This document shows, one piece after another, positions 17,653-26,169 of a stretch of DNA of 40,000 nt. Origin of the DNA: Proteus alimentorum. Its GTDB lineage: Bacteria > Pseudomonadota > Gammaproteobacteria > Enterobacterales > Enterobacteriaceae. The stretch spans positions 6,328 through 46,327 of the forward strand of contig NZ_NBVR01000034.1 of NCBI RefSeq assembly GCF_002607735.1, read 5' to 3'. The position numbers and the translations under genes were made by a program. The first letter of the stretch is position 1. Every line of letters begins with the position of its first letter. Below the pieces are notes generated by a model. It did not search any database and was not told the DNA's origin. It saw nothing but the letters and a program-made list of their open reading frames with translations.

Positions 17653-18462
17653 TTAATAACCCAAGTTTCTTAGAGTTGCATTGTTAGTGTAGTTGTTTTC
17701 CATCTGTGTGTTTATGTCTGTAGTGCTACTTGTATTTACAAAGTCACAAACGGTATTGGACATGATTACATTCAGATCAGTAGCCACATCCCCGATATGT
17801 TCCTTAGCGGACACTGCAACCGATGTTACTTCCTGAGGCATTGCGCTCATCACTCCTGAGAATGTGTCTTTAATGTCTCTTGCTCTTTTTGGTATTATCT
17901 TTATCTCAAAAGAATCAACATCATCGTATGAAACGTTACCCGCAAATAATGTGCCTAGGCGACCAATCAGATTCTGAGACTTATCTAACTTCATTGTTAT
18001 TCTACCAACGTGAGCATAGTTAAGTACTTCTTGTTCTGTTACCTGATTCGCTATCGGTTCAAAATTTATATTGTGATTATTGTTTCTTGCTAACATTACC
18101 AAGTCATAAATTTCAGCTAGCTTACCTATTCTTGGTGAGTACAAAGTATTGCTAAAGCCAATTAAATTGTTCTTAATAATGAAGAATGAAGCGAAGGCTA
18201 TCTTTTCATTTGCGGTTAATATCTGAGATAAATCCACACATATATTATTACTAAGATCCAGCTTTCTAAATACATCTCTACTGTTAGTCTTTATGAACGT
18301 ATATACATCACCAGCAACAGGCTGAATGACATAGTACTCTCCAGCCATATTTGCCGTGTTATTTCCACTTGATATCATTGAATCTATTGTGTCTTTTAGG
18401 CTTTCTGATGGCACGTAACCATCAACTGGAAGATACCTGTAAGTAAAATAATTTGTTTTCAT
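17653..18462 (-). CDS. rexA: RexA-like protein
   Basis: 269 aa from MKTNYFTYRY (ATG 18462). By eye it is collinear with recalled lambda RexA: FIKTNSRD vs FTKTNDKS, IAFASFFII..LIGFSNTLYSP vs LGFPSFLFV..TIGFARTVFGP, HVGRITMKL vs FIGRTTVKV, SFEIKIIPKRARDIK vs SLDIVIKPKFKRDIK. Confidence 0.6.
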   Translation of the reverse strand: MKTNYFTYRYLPVDGYVPSESLKDTIDSMISSGNNTANMAGEYYVIQPVAGDVYTFIKTNSRDVFRKLDLSNNICVDLSQILTANEKIAFASFFIIKNNLIGFSNTLYSPRIGKLAEIYDLVMLARNNNHNINFEPIANQVTEQEVLNYAHVGRITMKLDKSQNLIGRLGTLFAGNVSYDDVDSFEIKIIPKRARDIKDTFSGVMSAMPQEVTSVAVSAKEHIGDVATDLNVIMSNTVCDFVNTSSTTDINTQMENNYTNNATLRNLGY

Positions 18463-18579
18463 CCCTAATATCCACGTAATTTTTTTACGTAATTTTAGGA
18501 CATAAATTAAATTTATACATCTGTGAATAAAAACACTGGTTTTATATTCACAAACTATATATGTAGCCATAACAAGATA

Positions 18580-18623
18580 TACTGCATATATATACAGTAT
18601 ATCTTGTTTTTTTGATGCCTCAA
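18580..18623 (-). promoter_or_regulatory. LexA (SOS) box plus overlapping sigma70-type promoter upstream of the RexA-like gene
   Basis: 18580-18599 TACTGCATATATATACAGTA matches the LexA consensus at 19/20. On the minus strand TTGAGG (18618-18623) -16 nt- TATACT (18596-18601), so the box covers the -10 element and the start site. Confidence 0.7.
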
Positions 18624-18720
18624 GAGAAGTCTTGTAAAGATTATTTTAGTAATTCGGCTATCTTCGGACAAGATTGGGATTGGTGCTTTCAGAAAACAAC
18701 AAGCCGTCCTTGGCTTTATG

Positions 18721-18965
18721 CTATTTATCCGTAATGGTAAATTGTTTCTTTAGCTCTGAAACTATTTCATATTTTAATTTTGATAATGCATCATGAGTTA
18801 TTTTTTCTTCATCAAATTCGCTTAGATAAAATTCAATAGCTTGAACAATTTCTGAGTTAATAGACCGTCCATTTCCTTTGCTCTTTCAGCTATAGCATCC
18901 TTCATTCCGTCAGGAAGCCTTAGATTAAACCTATCCTGTAATTGGCTTGGGTACTCTTGCGTCAT
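18721..18965 (-). pseudogene. arc: Arc/Mnt-type ribbon-helix-helix repressor gene with a 1-nt frameshift
   Basis: ATG 18965 (AAAGG RBS) gives MTQEYPSQLQDRFNLRLPDGMKDAIAERAKE. The frame then breaks in the A-run at about 18871-18874. The shifted frame continues NGRSINSEIVQAIEFYL...TITDK*, restoring the Arc signature FNLRxP...ENGRSxNSEI. Total length is 245 nt, one short of a multiple of three. Confidence 0.7.
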
Positions 18966-19011
18966 TTCGTTACCTTTATTTTTATCCAATGCTTGATCAT
19001 TACTACTATTG

Positions 19012-19926
19012 TTATGCGATTAGTGGAGTATTTAAAATATCTCCGCTTTTCTCACCTTGTAGAACTTGAGTGCGCAGGCGGAAGTTTTGTAACAACTCAA
19101 TGAGAGCATTAGAGTCACGTTGTAATTTTTGAATATATTCAACACTGACAACGTTATGACCATCAACACTAACTACTTGTTGCTTGCCACCCTTATAAGA
19201 AACCAACCATCTACCTTCTTTTGGTATGGTTACAGTGATTGAGCTTTGATTCGGCTCAAAAAGTATATTTTCTTCCTGTTTAGGAATGTATTCACCTTCA
19301 AGTACAAATTTGTGAATATACTCAACCGCATCAGGTATCTGATCCGCTGTTAATTCTTCAATGCTACTAACATTGAATTTCTGGTGAACAAGAGAATAGG
19401 CTTCTGGATACATAATGCCTTTCTTGCTAACCAATAGATTGACAGCATTCTTTAATGGGTTGCGTTCTTGAACAGTTGATTTGTGTTTTTTCTTAACCTC
19501 ACCAGTAGTCCAGTATTCGTAAAGTACATCGTCACATTCTTCTTGATACTTGATTACTTTATCGCGGATCTCTGGTTTGACTTTGTTAGGGCTGATAGTG
19601 TGAAGCCAGCCAGATAATTTTCTAAGAGCGATACAAACCATGTTACGCAATTTTCCATCTTCGGCAACCATTTCGATTTCCGAAACACTTGAATTAAAGC
19701 GTTGTTTTAACTTGGCAAATTGAGCACCCCATGCTAAACCCATACCCTCTACGATAGGGCGCATTGGTACATATGGTTCGCCATTGAAATTTACTACATA
19801 CAAGTTGTTACCGTGGAAAGTTGCTTGGATTATTTGGTGATGATGCTTGGTATAACGGCTGGCCAACTGTTCCCAACCCTGAATATCTAAGAATGGAATC
19901 ACGATTAAACGCTGTTCGTGAGGCAT
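19012..19926 (-). CDS. ant: Phage antirepressor (P22_AR N-terminal domain type)
   Basis: 304 aa. FHGNNLYVVNFNGEPYVPMRPIVEGMGLAWGAQFAKLKQRF...MVAEDGKLRNMVCIALRKLSGWLHTISPNKVKPEIRDKVIKYQEECDDVLYEYW matches this antirepressor family. The N-terminal start is uncertain. Confidence 0.8.
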   Translation of the reverse strand: MPHEQRLIVIPFLDIQGWEQLASRYTKHHHQIIQATFHGNNLYVVNFNGEPYVPMRPIVEGMGLAWGAQFAKLKQRFNSSVSEIEMVAEDGKLRNMVCIALRKLSGWLHTISPNKVKPEIRDKVIKYQEECDDVLYEYWTTGEVKKKHKSTVQERNPLKNAVNLLVSKKGIMYPEAYSLVHQKFNVSSIEELTADQIPDAVEYIHKFVLEGEYIPKQEENILFEPNQSSITVTIPKEGRWLVSYKGGKQQVVSVDGHNVVSVEYIQKLQRDSNALIELLQNFRLRTQVLQGEKSGDILNTPLIA

Positions 19927-19948
19927 TAAAACAAATAAAGGTGGAGTG

Positions 19949-20191
19949 ATGGATAAATCAAGGCAGCAGTTTGAAGAGTGGATAAATAAAAACCACCCTA
20001 AATGTAGTAAGTATCACAAGGATATTAGGCTTGAAGCATGGCAGGTATCACGCGACTCACTCTTATTAACTCTACCAGAAAGAGAGAAAAGTACAGGTAA
20101 TTATGATTATTTCACTGATGGATATAACAGTGGAATATCAGCATGTGAAACGGTCTTATTAGATAATGGAGTGAAAATAAAAAATGAATGA
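19949..20191 (+). CDS. Hypothetical phage early protein
   Basis: 80 aa from ATG 19949 with GGTGGAG RBS. First of a run of tightly coupled small ORFs. Confidence 0.5.
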   Translation: MDKSRQQFEEWINKNHPKCSKYHKDIRLEAWQVSRDSLLLTLPEREKSTGNYDYFTDGYNSGISACETVLLDNGVKIKNE

Positions 20192-20339
20192 TAAATATAA
20201 AGCCGAGCTAATTAACGGCAAGCCAGTTATTTTATTAAATGGGAGTATGATTGAAAAAGGATTTATTTCAATTATAGATGCGGAACAAAAGGCTGATAAA
20301 TTAAATCAAGCATCAATAAAAAATAACCAAGTCGAATAA
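20184..20339 (+). CDS. Small hypothetical phage protein (51 aa, hand-translated)
   Basis: ATG 20184 overlaps the previous stop. MNDKYKAELINGKPVILLNGSM... Below the ORF-track cutoff, supported only by the coupling pattern. Confidence 0.3.
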   Translation: MNDKYKAELINGKPVILLNGSMIEKGFISIIDAEQKADKLNQASIKNNQVE

Positions 20340-20351
20340 AACAAAATAACC

Positions 20352-20513
20352 ATGCAAATAATCGGATATGTATTACTCATGCTAATACAGGGTTCTGCTG
20401 TGCCTGTAACGGAAGATATATATACGCAATTGGAATGCAATAAACGTGCTGAATATTTAATGTCAGTGAGGAATATTGAAGTTGTTTGTGGCGAGGTGAT
20501 TCATGGGAAGTGA
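20352..20513 (+). CDS. Small hypothetical phage protein (53 aa, hand-translated)
   Basis: MQIIGYVLLMLIQGSAVPV... has a hydrophobic N-terminus. Its stop overlaps the next ORF start. Confidence 0.3.
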   Translation: MQIIGYVLLMLIQGSAVPVTEDIYTQLECNKRAEYLMSVRNIEVVCGEVIHGK

Positions 20514-20712
20514 ACTAATTCAAATTCCAAGGAATTTGCTAGAGGAATTAGCGTCGGAGTATCAAGTTAAAATATCTTGGTTTATGGAGGCGTATAAGGG
20601 TTATTACGATGTGGTAGGTTCTAGATATAACAGGGATTACAACGATTATGTCGATAACTTTAATGTCGCCGCTGATTTATTAGGTTGGGATAAGATGGAG
20701 AAAATAGAATGA
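20503..20712 (+). CDS. Hypothetical phage protein
   Basis: 69-aa ORF in the coupled early-gene string. Confidence 0.45.
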   Translation: MGSELIQIPRNLLEELASEYQVKISWFMEAYKGYYDVVGSRYNRDYNDYVDNFNVAADLLGWDKMEKIE

Positions 20713-20885
20713 AAGATAAATATTATGCTGGATTAGAAAATTACAAAGATTGTATTGAGATTGAACCTACAACAAAGGATTGCTTTGTTTTAAATGCTCC
20801 ATCTTGGAATATGGATTTAACAAAACAGGATTTGATTGATATCAGAAATACTATTAATGAAATACTAGAGGCTGATAATGAATAA
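20709..20885 (+). CDS. Small hypothetical phage protein (58 aa, hand-translated)
   Basis: ATGA overlap with the previous stop. Its end overlaps the next ATG (20878). Confidence 0.35.
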   Translation: MKDKYYAGLENYKDCIEIEPTTKDCFVLNAPSWNMDLTKQDLIDIRNTINEILEADNE

Positions 20886-21237
20886 ATACACCGAACTATC
20901 TGACTTCGAGATTAATAAAAAGGTTGCTATTAATGTCGGTGGATTCGCACTATCTCTAATGGTTTTTGATGATCGCAATGGGGTAGTAAAAAAGAATATC
21001 CCAAATATTGGCTCGCGGGTATTCACTGAATTCAACCCATGCAACAACCCAGCCGACGCAATGACGATTATTATTGAGAATAAAATAGGAATGAATTTTG
21101 TTAATAACAATATAGGCTGGTCTGCAATTCATCAATGCATAATCAAAGGCGAGCTAGAAGTATATGGAAAGCGATACTATCGAACGGCAATGGAATTATT
21201 TTTATTAATGAAGGATGCGGAGAATGAAAAAGTATGA
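20878..21237 (+). CDS. NinX/DUF2591-like phage protein
   Basis: 119 aa. LSDFEINKKVA...FNPCNNPADAMTIIIENKI resembles the DUF2591 (NinX) pattern. Confidence 0.55.
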   Translation: MNKYTELSDFEINKKVAINVGGFALSLMVFDDRNGVVKKNIPNIGSRVFTEFNPCNNPADAMTIIIENKIGMNFVNNNIGWSAIHQCIIKGELEVYGKRYYRTAMELFLLMKDAENEKV

Positions 21238-21826
21238 CTTGATATTGTGCGACCCACCTTGGCCTTACAATAACAAAGTTTCAAATGGCGCAGCAGATAA
21301 TCATTATAACACCACCGATTTATATTCCCTCTCTCGATTACCAATAGAAAAACACTCCTCTAAAAATGCCGTGCTGTTTATGTGGTACACCGGAAACTTT
21401 GCACTCGAAGCAATTAAATTAGCCGAAGCATGGGATTTTAAAGTTAAAAACATGTTCGGGTTCGCATGGGTGAAATTAAATAAAAATGCAGGAGATAGAA
21501 TAAATAAAAAACCGCCAGAAGATTTTTTTGACTTTATGGAAATATTAAACAATGAGACAAAGATTAATTGCGGTAATTACACCCGTCAAAATGTCGAAAT
21601 GTGTTTAAGAGCCACAAGAGGAAATGGATTACCTCGTAAGTCTGCAAGCGTTAGGCAAGTTATTTATTCGTGCTTAGGTGAGCACAGCGAAAAACCAAAA
21701 GAAGTCCATCATCGTTTAGAGGAATTATATGGAGATGTTCCACGGCTCGAATTATTCGCTCGTGAGAAATACGGTGATTGGGATGTATATGGCGACCAAG
21801 CAGAAGAAAGTATTCAATTAATATAA
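21224..21826 (+). CDS. MT-A70 family DNA N6-adenine methyltransferase (orphan)
   Basis: MKKYDLILCDPPWPYNN carries the DPPW catalytic motif. About 200 aa. No adjacent endonuclease. The start could be ATG 21215 or 21224. Confidence 0.85.
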   Translation: MKKYDLILCDPPWPYNNKVSNGAADNHYNTTDLYSLSRLPIEKHSSKNAVLFMWYTGNFALEAIKLAEAWDFKVKNMFGFAWVKLNKNAGDRINKKPPEDFFDFMEILNNETKINCGNYTRQNVEMCLRATRGNGLPRKSASVRQVIYSCLGEHSEKPKEVHHRLEELYGDVPRLELFAREKYGDWDVYGDQAEESIQLI

Positions 21827-21839
21827 AAGGAAGAGAAAG

Positions 21840-22076
21840 ATGGATAACTTAACTCAGTTGATGCCAAATAAATGGGTGACAGAACCGGTTTTAGTTGCTA
21901 TCACAGGAATGAAACCGGGAACAATAAAGCGAGCTAGGGAAAGCTCATGGGCAATTGGCAGAGAATATATTCACGTATCGCCAGAAGGAGAACCAAAGCC
22001 AAACTCAGAGTGCATGTACAATCATCAGGCAATCAACACATGGATTGAGAGACAAATAAAGAAACAACCGAGGTGA
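21840..22076 (+). CDS. xis: Excisionase (DUF1233 type)
   Basis: 78 aa. KWVTEPVLVAITGMKPGTIKRARESSWAIGREYIHVSPEG...SECMYNHQAINTWIE matches lambdoid DUF1233 excisionases. It lies immediately upstream of int. Confidence 0.8.
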   Translation: MDNLTQLMPNKWVTEPVLVAITGMKPGTIKRARESSWAIGREYIHVSPEGEPKPNSECMYNHQAINTWIERQIKKQPR

Positions 22077-22080
22077 TGTA

Positions 22081-22835
22081 ATGATTAAATATCCGACTGG
22101 GGTTGAGCTGCATAATGGCTCCCTCAGGATAAATTTCGTTTATAAAGGAAAAAGGATTAGGAAATGGCTGGCTATGCCAGATACAGCGAAGAATAGAAAA
22201 ATTGCTGGTGAATAAGGCCGGGTGAGTTAACAGGATTAGCATGGGAGGATATAGACTTAGTTAAAAAGACAATAATGGTCAGAAGGAATGTTTGTGGCCC
22301 TTCCGACTTTTCATACCCGAAAACAGGTGCGAGCACTGATAGGATAATTAGTTTATTAGAGCCAGCCTTTAACTGCCTAAAGGATCAGTCTCTATATACA
22401 AAGATGACAGCTCCAATTGACGTTAAAGTAAAAACTCGTGAGTTTAATAAATATCGAACAGACTCATGCACATTTGTTTTTCAACCATCCATTGTTAGTG
22501 TGAATGGCGTTATTACTAAATTTTATTCACCGGGAGGTTTCTCGCAAATATGGAGATCATTAATTAGAAGATCTGGCGTTAGGCACAGAAAGTCATATCA
22601 AACAAGGCACACCTATGCTTGCTGGATGTTATCTGCTGGAGCGAATCCTGCATTCATTGCAACACAGATGGGGCACTCGTCATCAAAAATGGTACACGAT
22701 GTTTATGGTGCTTGGATGCCTGAGAACGATCAAGACCAAATATCGCTATTAAACCAAAAATTGAATGATTCTGTCCCCTATGTGTCCCCACCGAGTCACA
22801 ATAAAGGTAATATTCGACTTATATCAAATAGTTAA
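22081..22835 (+). pseudogene. int: Integrase with internal deletion and frameshift
   Basis: ATG 22081 encodes a 44-aa arm-binding N-terminus (MIKYPTGVELHNGSLRINFVYKGKRIRKWLAMPDTAKNRKIAGE) ending at TAA 22213-22215. A different frame opens at 22212 (..GELTGLAWEDIDL...TRHTYACWML...GHSSSKMVHDVYGAW). The core-binding domain and the first catalytic Arg box are absent. Confidence 0.8.
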
Positions 22836-22840
22836 CTCTA

Positions 22841-23152
22841 TCACACTTGCATGCTCATAATTTCTTGATAAGCGGCAACTAGCTTATTACGCACTTGTAC
22901 GCCCATTTGTAATGAGATACTGGATTTTTGCATATCCACCATCACATCATTTAATTCAACACCCGGCGTACCTAAGGTAAACGCTTGAACTTTGTTGGTT
23001 GCATTCACTCGAGTTTCATTAATTTTACCCACGGCTTGAACAAGCTGAGTTGCAAATCCTGCTTGTACTGGCTGGGGTTTCGCAATATTGGATGCTTGTA
23101 AAGTCTGGATTTGCATTTTATCCAGAACACTTTCAATAGCTGGAATTGACAT
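22841..23152 (-). CDS. fliE: Flagellar hook-basal body complex protein FliE
   Basis: 103 aa from ATG 23152 (AGAGG RBS). FTLGTPGVELNDVMVDMQKSSISLQMGVQVRNKLVAAYQEIMSMQV is nearly identical in pattern to E. coli FliE. Confidence 0.95.
   Translation of the reverse strand: MSIPAIESVLDKMQIQTLQASNIAKPQPVQAGFATQLVQAVGKINETRVNATNKVQAFTLGTPGVELNDVMVDMQKSSISLQMGVQVRNKLVAAYQEIMSMQV
22843..22861. repeat. attR core (19-bp direct repeat ACACTTGCATGCTCATAAT)
   Basis: Identical to 9446..9464. It lies within the last codons of the intact fliE. Confidence 0.8.
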
Positions 23153-23428
23153 ATAAACCTCTGCGTTAATCATCTAATTCAATTACTGAATCAATGTCAT
23201 AGTAAGGAAGTGAACCAACACGCTTACCGAGTTATACCCTAACACAGGGGCTTCATTCCAAAGCGAGTAATTAACGCAAAAGTTAAGGGCTAATTACGCC
23301 ATTAAATGAAACGCAAAAGGCCAATAATGAGACACCTGAGAGTAGGTTTATTTATTTGCGTAAGGGGAGTCTGTTTTGTTACGCCACGCTTTTAGTATTC
23401 ATCCCGAACTACAAGGCAAGGATTGTCT

Positions 23429-25174
23429 ATGAATGCCGAAAAAACCGACGTTGTGAACCAGAATAAGGGTTTTAACGCCATTATTAACCGGATAAAAGCC
23501 GATCCGAAAATTCCGCTCATTATTGCGGGTTCGGCGGCTATTGCCATTTTTGTTGCTGCATTTTTATGGTTACAAAGCCCTGATTATAAAGTGCTTTATA
23601 GTAATCTTAGCGATAAAGACGGTGGCGAAATTGTCACACAGTTAACACAGATGAATGTACCTTATCGCTTGTCACAAAATGGCGCAGCGATTATGGTGCC
23701 TGACAATCAGGTTCATGAATTACGCCTGAAACTCGCACAAGCGGGGCTTCCAAAAGGCGGTGCTGCCGGTTTTGAACTGTTAGATAAAGAAAAGTTCGGG
23801 ATCAGCCAATTTAGTGAACAGATTAACTATCAACGTGCACTTGAAGGTGAGCTTGCTCGCACTATCGAGACATTAGGTCCTGTACAAAATGCTCGAGTTC
23901 ATTTAGCACTACCAAAACCATCTCTTTTTGTTCGTGAACAGAAATCCCCTTCTGCATCCGTTACGGTGGGTCTTTTACAGGGTAGAGCGCTGGATGAAGG
24001 TCAAATTAATGCCATCGTGCATATCGTTGCGAGCAGTGTTGCAGGTATGCCTGACAGCAGTGTGACCATCGTTGACCAAAGCGGCAAATTATTAACACAA
24101 CCTGATGCGTTAGGTCGTGATCTTAACTCTATCCAACTGAAATATGTTCAAGAGCTAGAAAGCCGTTATCAGCAACGTATTGAAACGTTATTAGGCCCAA
24201 TTGTAGGTCGTGGAAACGTTCATGCACAGGTGACTGCTCAAGTTGATTTCTCTCATACCGAAGAGACAGCTGAAGAGTACAAACCAAATCAGCCACCAAA
24301 TCAAGCCGCAGTGCGTTCAAAACAGTTGAGCCAAAGTGAGCAAAATGGTGGCATGCTGGCTGGCGGTGTTCCTGGTGCATTATCTAATCAACCTGTTGCT
24401 CCACCACAAGCACCTATTGAAGCGCCAAAAGCGCAAGAAGGTGAGAAAACAGATGATGCTAATGCAACCAATTCAGCCAATACAGCGGGTACAAATCGTA
24501 CATTAACGCGTAATCCAAACAGCAATAGCCGTTTAGATGAAACAACCAACTATGAAGTTGATCGCCGAATTCGCCATATCAAGCGTCCAGTAGGCAATGT
24601 TGAGCGTCTTTCTGTCGCTGTTATTGTGAATTACAAAACAGTTGAAGATAAGAAAGAAGCCGCTGAAGGCGAAGAGCCTGTTGTTGAAACTAAACTTGTT
24701 CCGCTAACTGATGAACAAATTCAGCAAATTGAAGGACTTGTTCGTGAAGCGATGGGATATTCCCAAGAACGTGGTGACTCTTTAAGTGTCGTGAACTCGC
24801 AGTTCAACGATATTGAAGAGAAAGTGATCACCATTCCTGTATGGGAAAATCCAGAAATTCTTGCTAAAGCATTAGATTTAGGTCGCTGGTTATTACTTGT
24901 CATCATCGCATGGATCTTATGGCGCAAACTGGTGAAACCACAGATTGAAAAACGCCGTGAAGCTGAAGTTGCTGCACAGAAAGCCGTGCTGAAAACCAAG
25001 CTACAAGTTAAAGATGATGTTGATGAAGCAGAATTAGATGACGAAGCAAGACGTAAACAAGCACGTAAACGTGTGAGTGCCGAATTGCAGAGCCAACGTA
25101 TCCGAGAAATGGCAGAGAAAGATCCTCGTGTCGTCGCAATGGTAATTCGTCAATGGATGAGTAAAGAACAATGA
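23429..25174 (+). CDS. fliF: Flagellar MS-ring protein
   Basis: About 581 aa from ATG 23429 (AAGGA 7 nt upstream). Long collinear blocks with E. coli FliF ([30 protein letters not shown]..., [29 protein letters not shown]). Confidence 0.95.
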   Translation: MNAEKTDVVNQNKGFNAIINRIKADPKIPLIIAGSAAIAIFVAAFLWLQSPDYKVLYSNLSDKDGGEIVTQLTQMNVPYRLSQNGAAIMVPDNQVHELRLKLAQAGLPKGGAAGFELLDKEKFGISQFSEQINYQRALEGELARTIETLGPVQNARVHLALPKPSLFVREQKSPSASVTVGLLQGRALDEGQINAIVHIVASSVAGMPDSSVTIVDQSGKLLTQPDALGRDLNSIQLKYVQELESRYQQRIETLLGPIVGRGNVHAQVTAQVDFSHTEETAEEYKPNQPPNQAAVRSKQLSQSEQNGGMLAGGVPGALSNQPVAPPQAPIEAPKAQEGEKTDDANATNSANTAGTNRTLTRNPNSNSRLDETTNYEVDRRIRHIKRPVGNVERLSVAVIVNYKTVEDKKEAAEGEEPVVETKLVPLTDEQIQQIEGLVREAMGYSQERGDSLSVVNSQFNDIEEKVITIPVWENPEILAKALDLGRWLLLVIIAWILWRKLVKPQIEKRREAEVAAQKAVLKTKLQVKDDVDEAELDDEARRKQARKRVSAELQSQRIREMAEKDPRVVAMVIRQWMSKEQ

Positions 25175-26169
25175 GTAATAACTTAACTGGAACCGAAAAA
25201 AGCGCCGTTATGTTACTAACACTGGGTGAAGACCGAGCGGCGGAAGTATTTAAACATCTAAGTACACGCGAAGTTCAGCAGCTGAGTATTGCAATGTCTT
25301 CAATGCGTCATATCTCAAATCAACAATTGATTGATGTTATGGCAAGCTTTGAAGAAGATGCGGTTCAATACGCGGCATTGAACGTCAATGCGAACGATTA
25401 TTTACGCTCTGTTCTTGTTAAAGCCTTGGGTGAAGAACGTGCGAATAATCTATTAGATGAGATCTCTGAAACTCGCGAAACAACAACGGGTATCGAGACA
25501 CTTAACTTTATGGAGCCACAAATGGCTGCCGATATTATCCGCGACGAACATCCGCAGATTATCGCAACTATCTTGGTTCACCTCAAACGGGGTCAAGCGG
25601 CAGATATTCTTGCCCTGTTTGATGAGAAATTACGTAATGACGTGATGTTACGTATCGCAACATTTGGGGGTGTTCAACCGTCAGCATTAGCAGAGTTAAC
25701 TGAAGTACTGAATAACCTGCTTGATGGTCAAAACCTCAAACGCAGTAAAATGGGTGGTGTTCGTACTGCTGCTGAAATCATCAACTTGATGAAGAGCCAG
25801 CAAGAAGAGAATGTCATTACTGCGGTTCGCGATTACGACGGCGAATTGGCACAAAAAATTATCGACGAAATGTTCCTGTTCGAAAACCTTATCGATATCG
25901 ACAACCGTTCTATCCAGCGCATTCTACAGGAAGTGGAATCCGACTCCTTGGTTGTGGCATTGAAAGGATGCGATCAAGAGCTGCGCGATCACTTCCTCAA
26001 CAATATGTCGCAACGTGCTGCTGAAATCATGCGTGATGACTTGAATTCTCGTGGCCCTGTACGTATGTCTCAAGTGGAAGCAGAGCAGAAAGCAATTCTG
26101 CTTGTGGTACGCAAATTAGCAGAGACTGGAGAGGTTGTTCTTCATGGAGGAGACGATACCTATGTCTGA
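25171..26169 (+). CDS. fliG: Flagellar motor switch protein FliG
   Basis: 332 aa. ATGA overlap with the fliF stop. Typical FliG sequence throughout ([26 protein letters not shown]...). Confidence 0.97.
   Translation: MSNNLTGTEKSAVMLLTLGEDRAAEVFKHLSTREVQQLSIAMSSMRHISNQQLIDVMASFEEDAVQYAALNVNANDYLRSVLVKALGEERANNLLDEISETRETTTGIETLNFMEPQMAADIIRDEHPQIIATILVHLKRGQAADILALFDEKLRNDVMLRIATFGGVQPSALAELTEVLNNLLDGQNLKRSKMGGVRTAAEIINLMKSQQEENVITAVRDYDGELAQKIIDEMFLFENLIDIDNRSIQRILQEVESDSLVVALKGCDQELRDHFLNNMSQRAAEIMRDDLNSRGPVRMSQVEAEQKAILLVVRKLAETGEVVLHGGDDTYV

Larger units (their letters stand above)
9446..22861. mobile_element. Cryptic (degraded) prophage integrated in the 3' end of fliE
   Basis: Bounded by the 19-bp direct repeat, with xis and int next to the fliE-proximal end and tail-fibre/baseplate genes at the other end. 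No terminase, head, tail tube/sheath, lysis, replication or cI/cro genes are present. int and the arc-like gene are disrupted. Confidence 0.85.

Noticed and set aside
18521-18551. Possible CRP site (TGTGA...TCACA)
   Set aside because: The half-sites are separated by 21 nt rather than the 6 nt required for CRP. I kept it only as an unassigned dyad.
18463-18570. Longer 305-aa version of the RexA-like ORF starting at 18570
   Set aside because: The extra 36 residues (MATYIVCEYKTSVFIHRCINLIYVLKLRKK...) are AT-rich junk overlapping dyads and repeats. MKTNYFTYRY aligns with the recalled lambda RexA N-terminus MKNGFYATYR.
20865-22242. Minus-strand ORFs 20865..21110, 21304..21552 and 22033..22242
   Set aside because: They are antisense to the NinX-like, methyltransferase and xis/int genes, which have recognisable motifs. 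They have hydrophobic junk composition.
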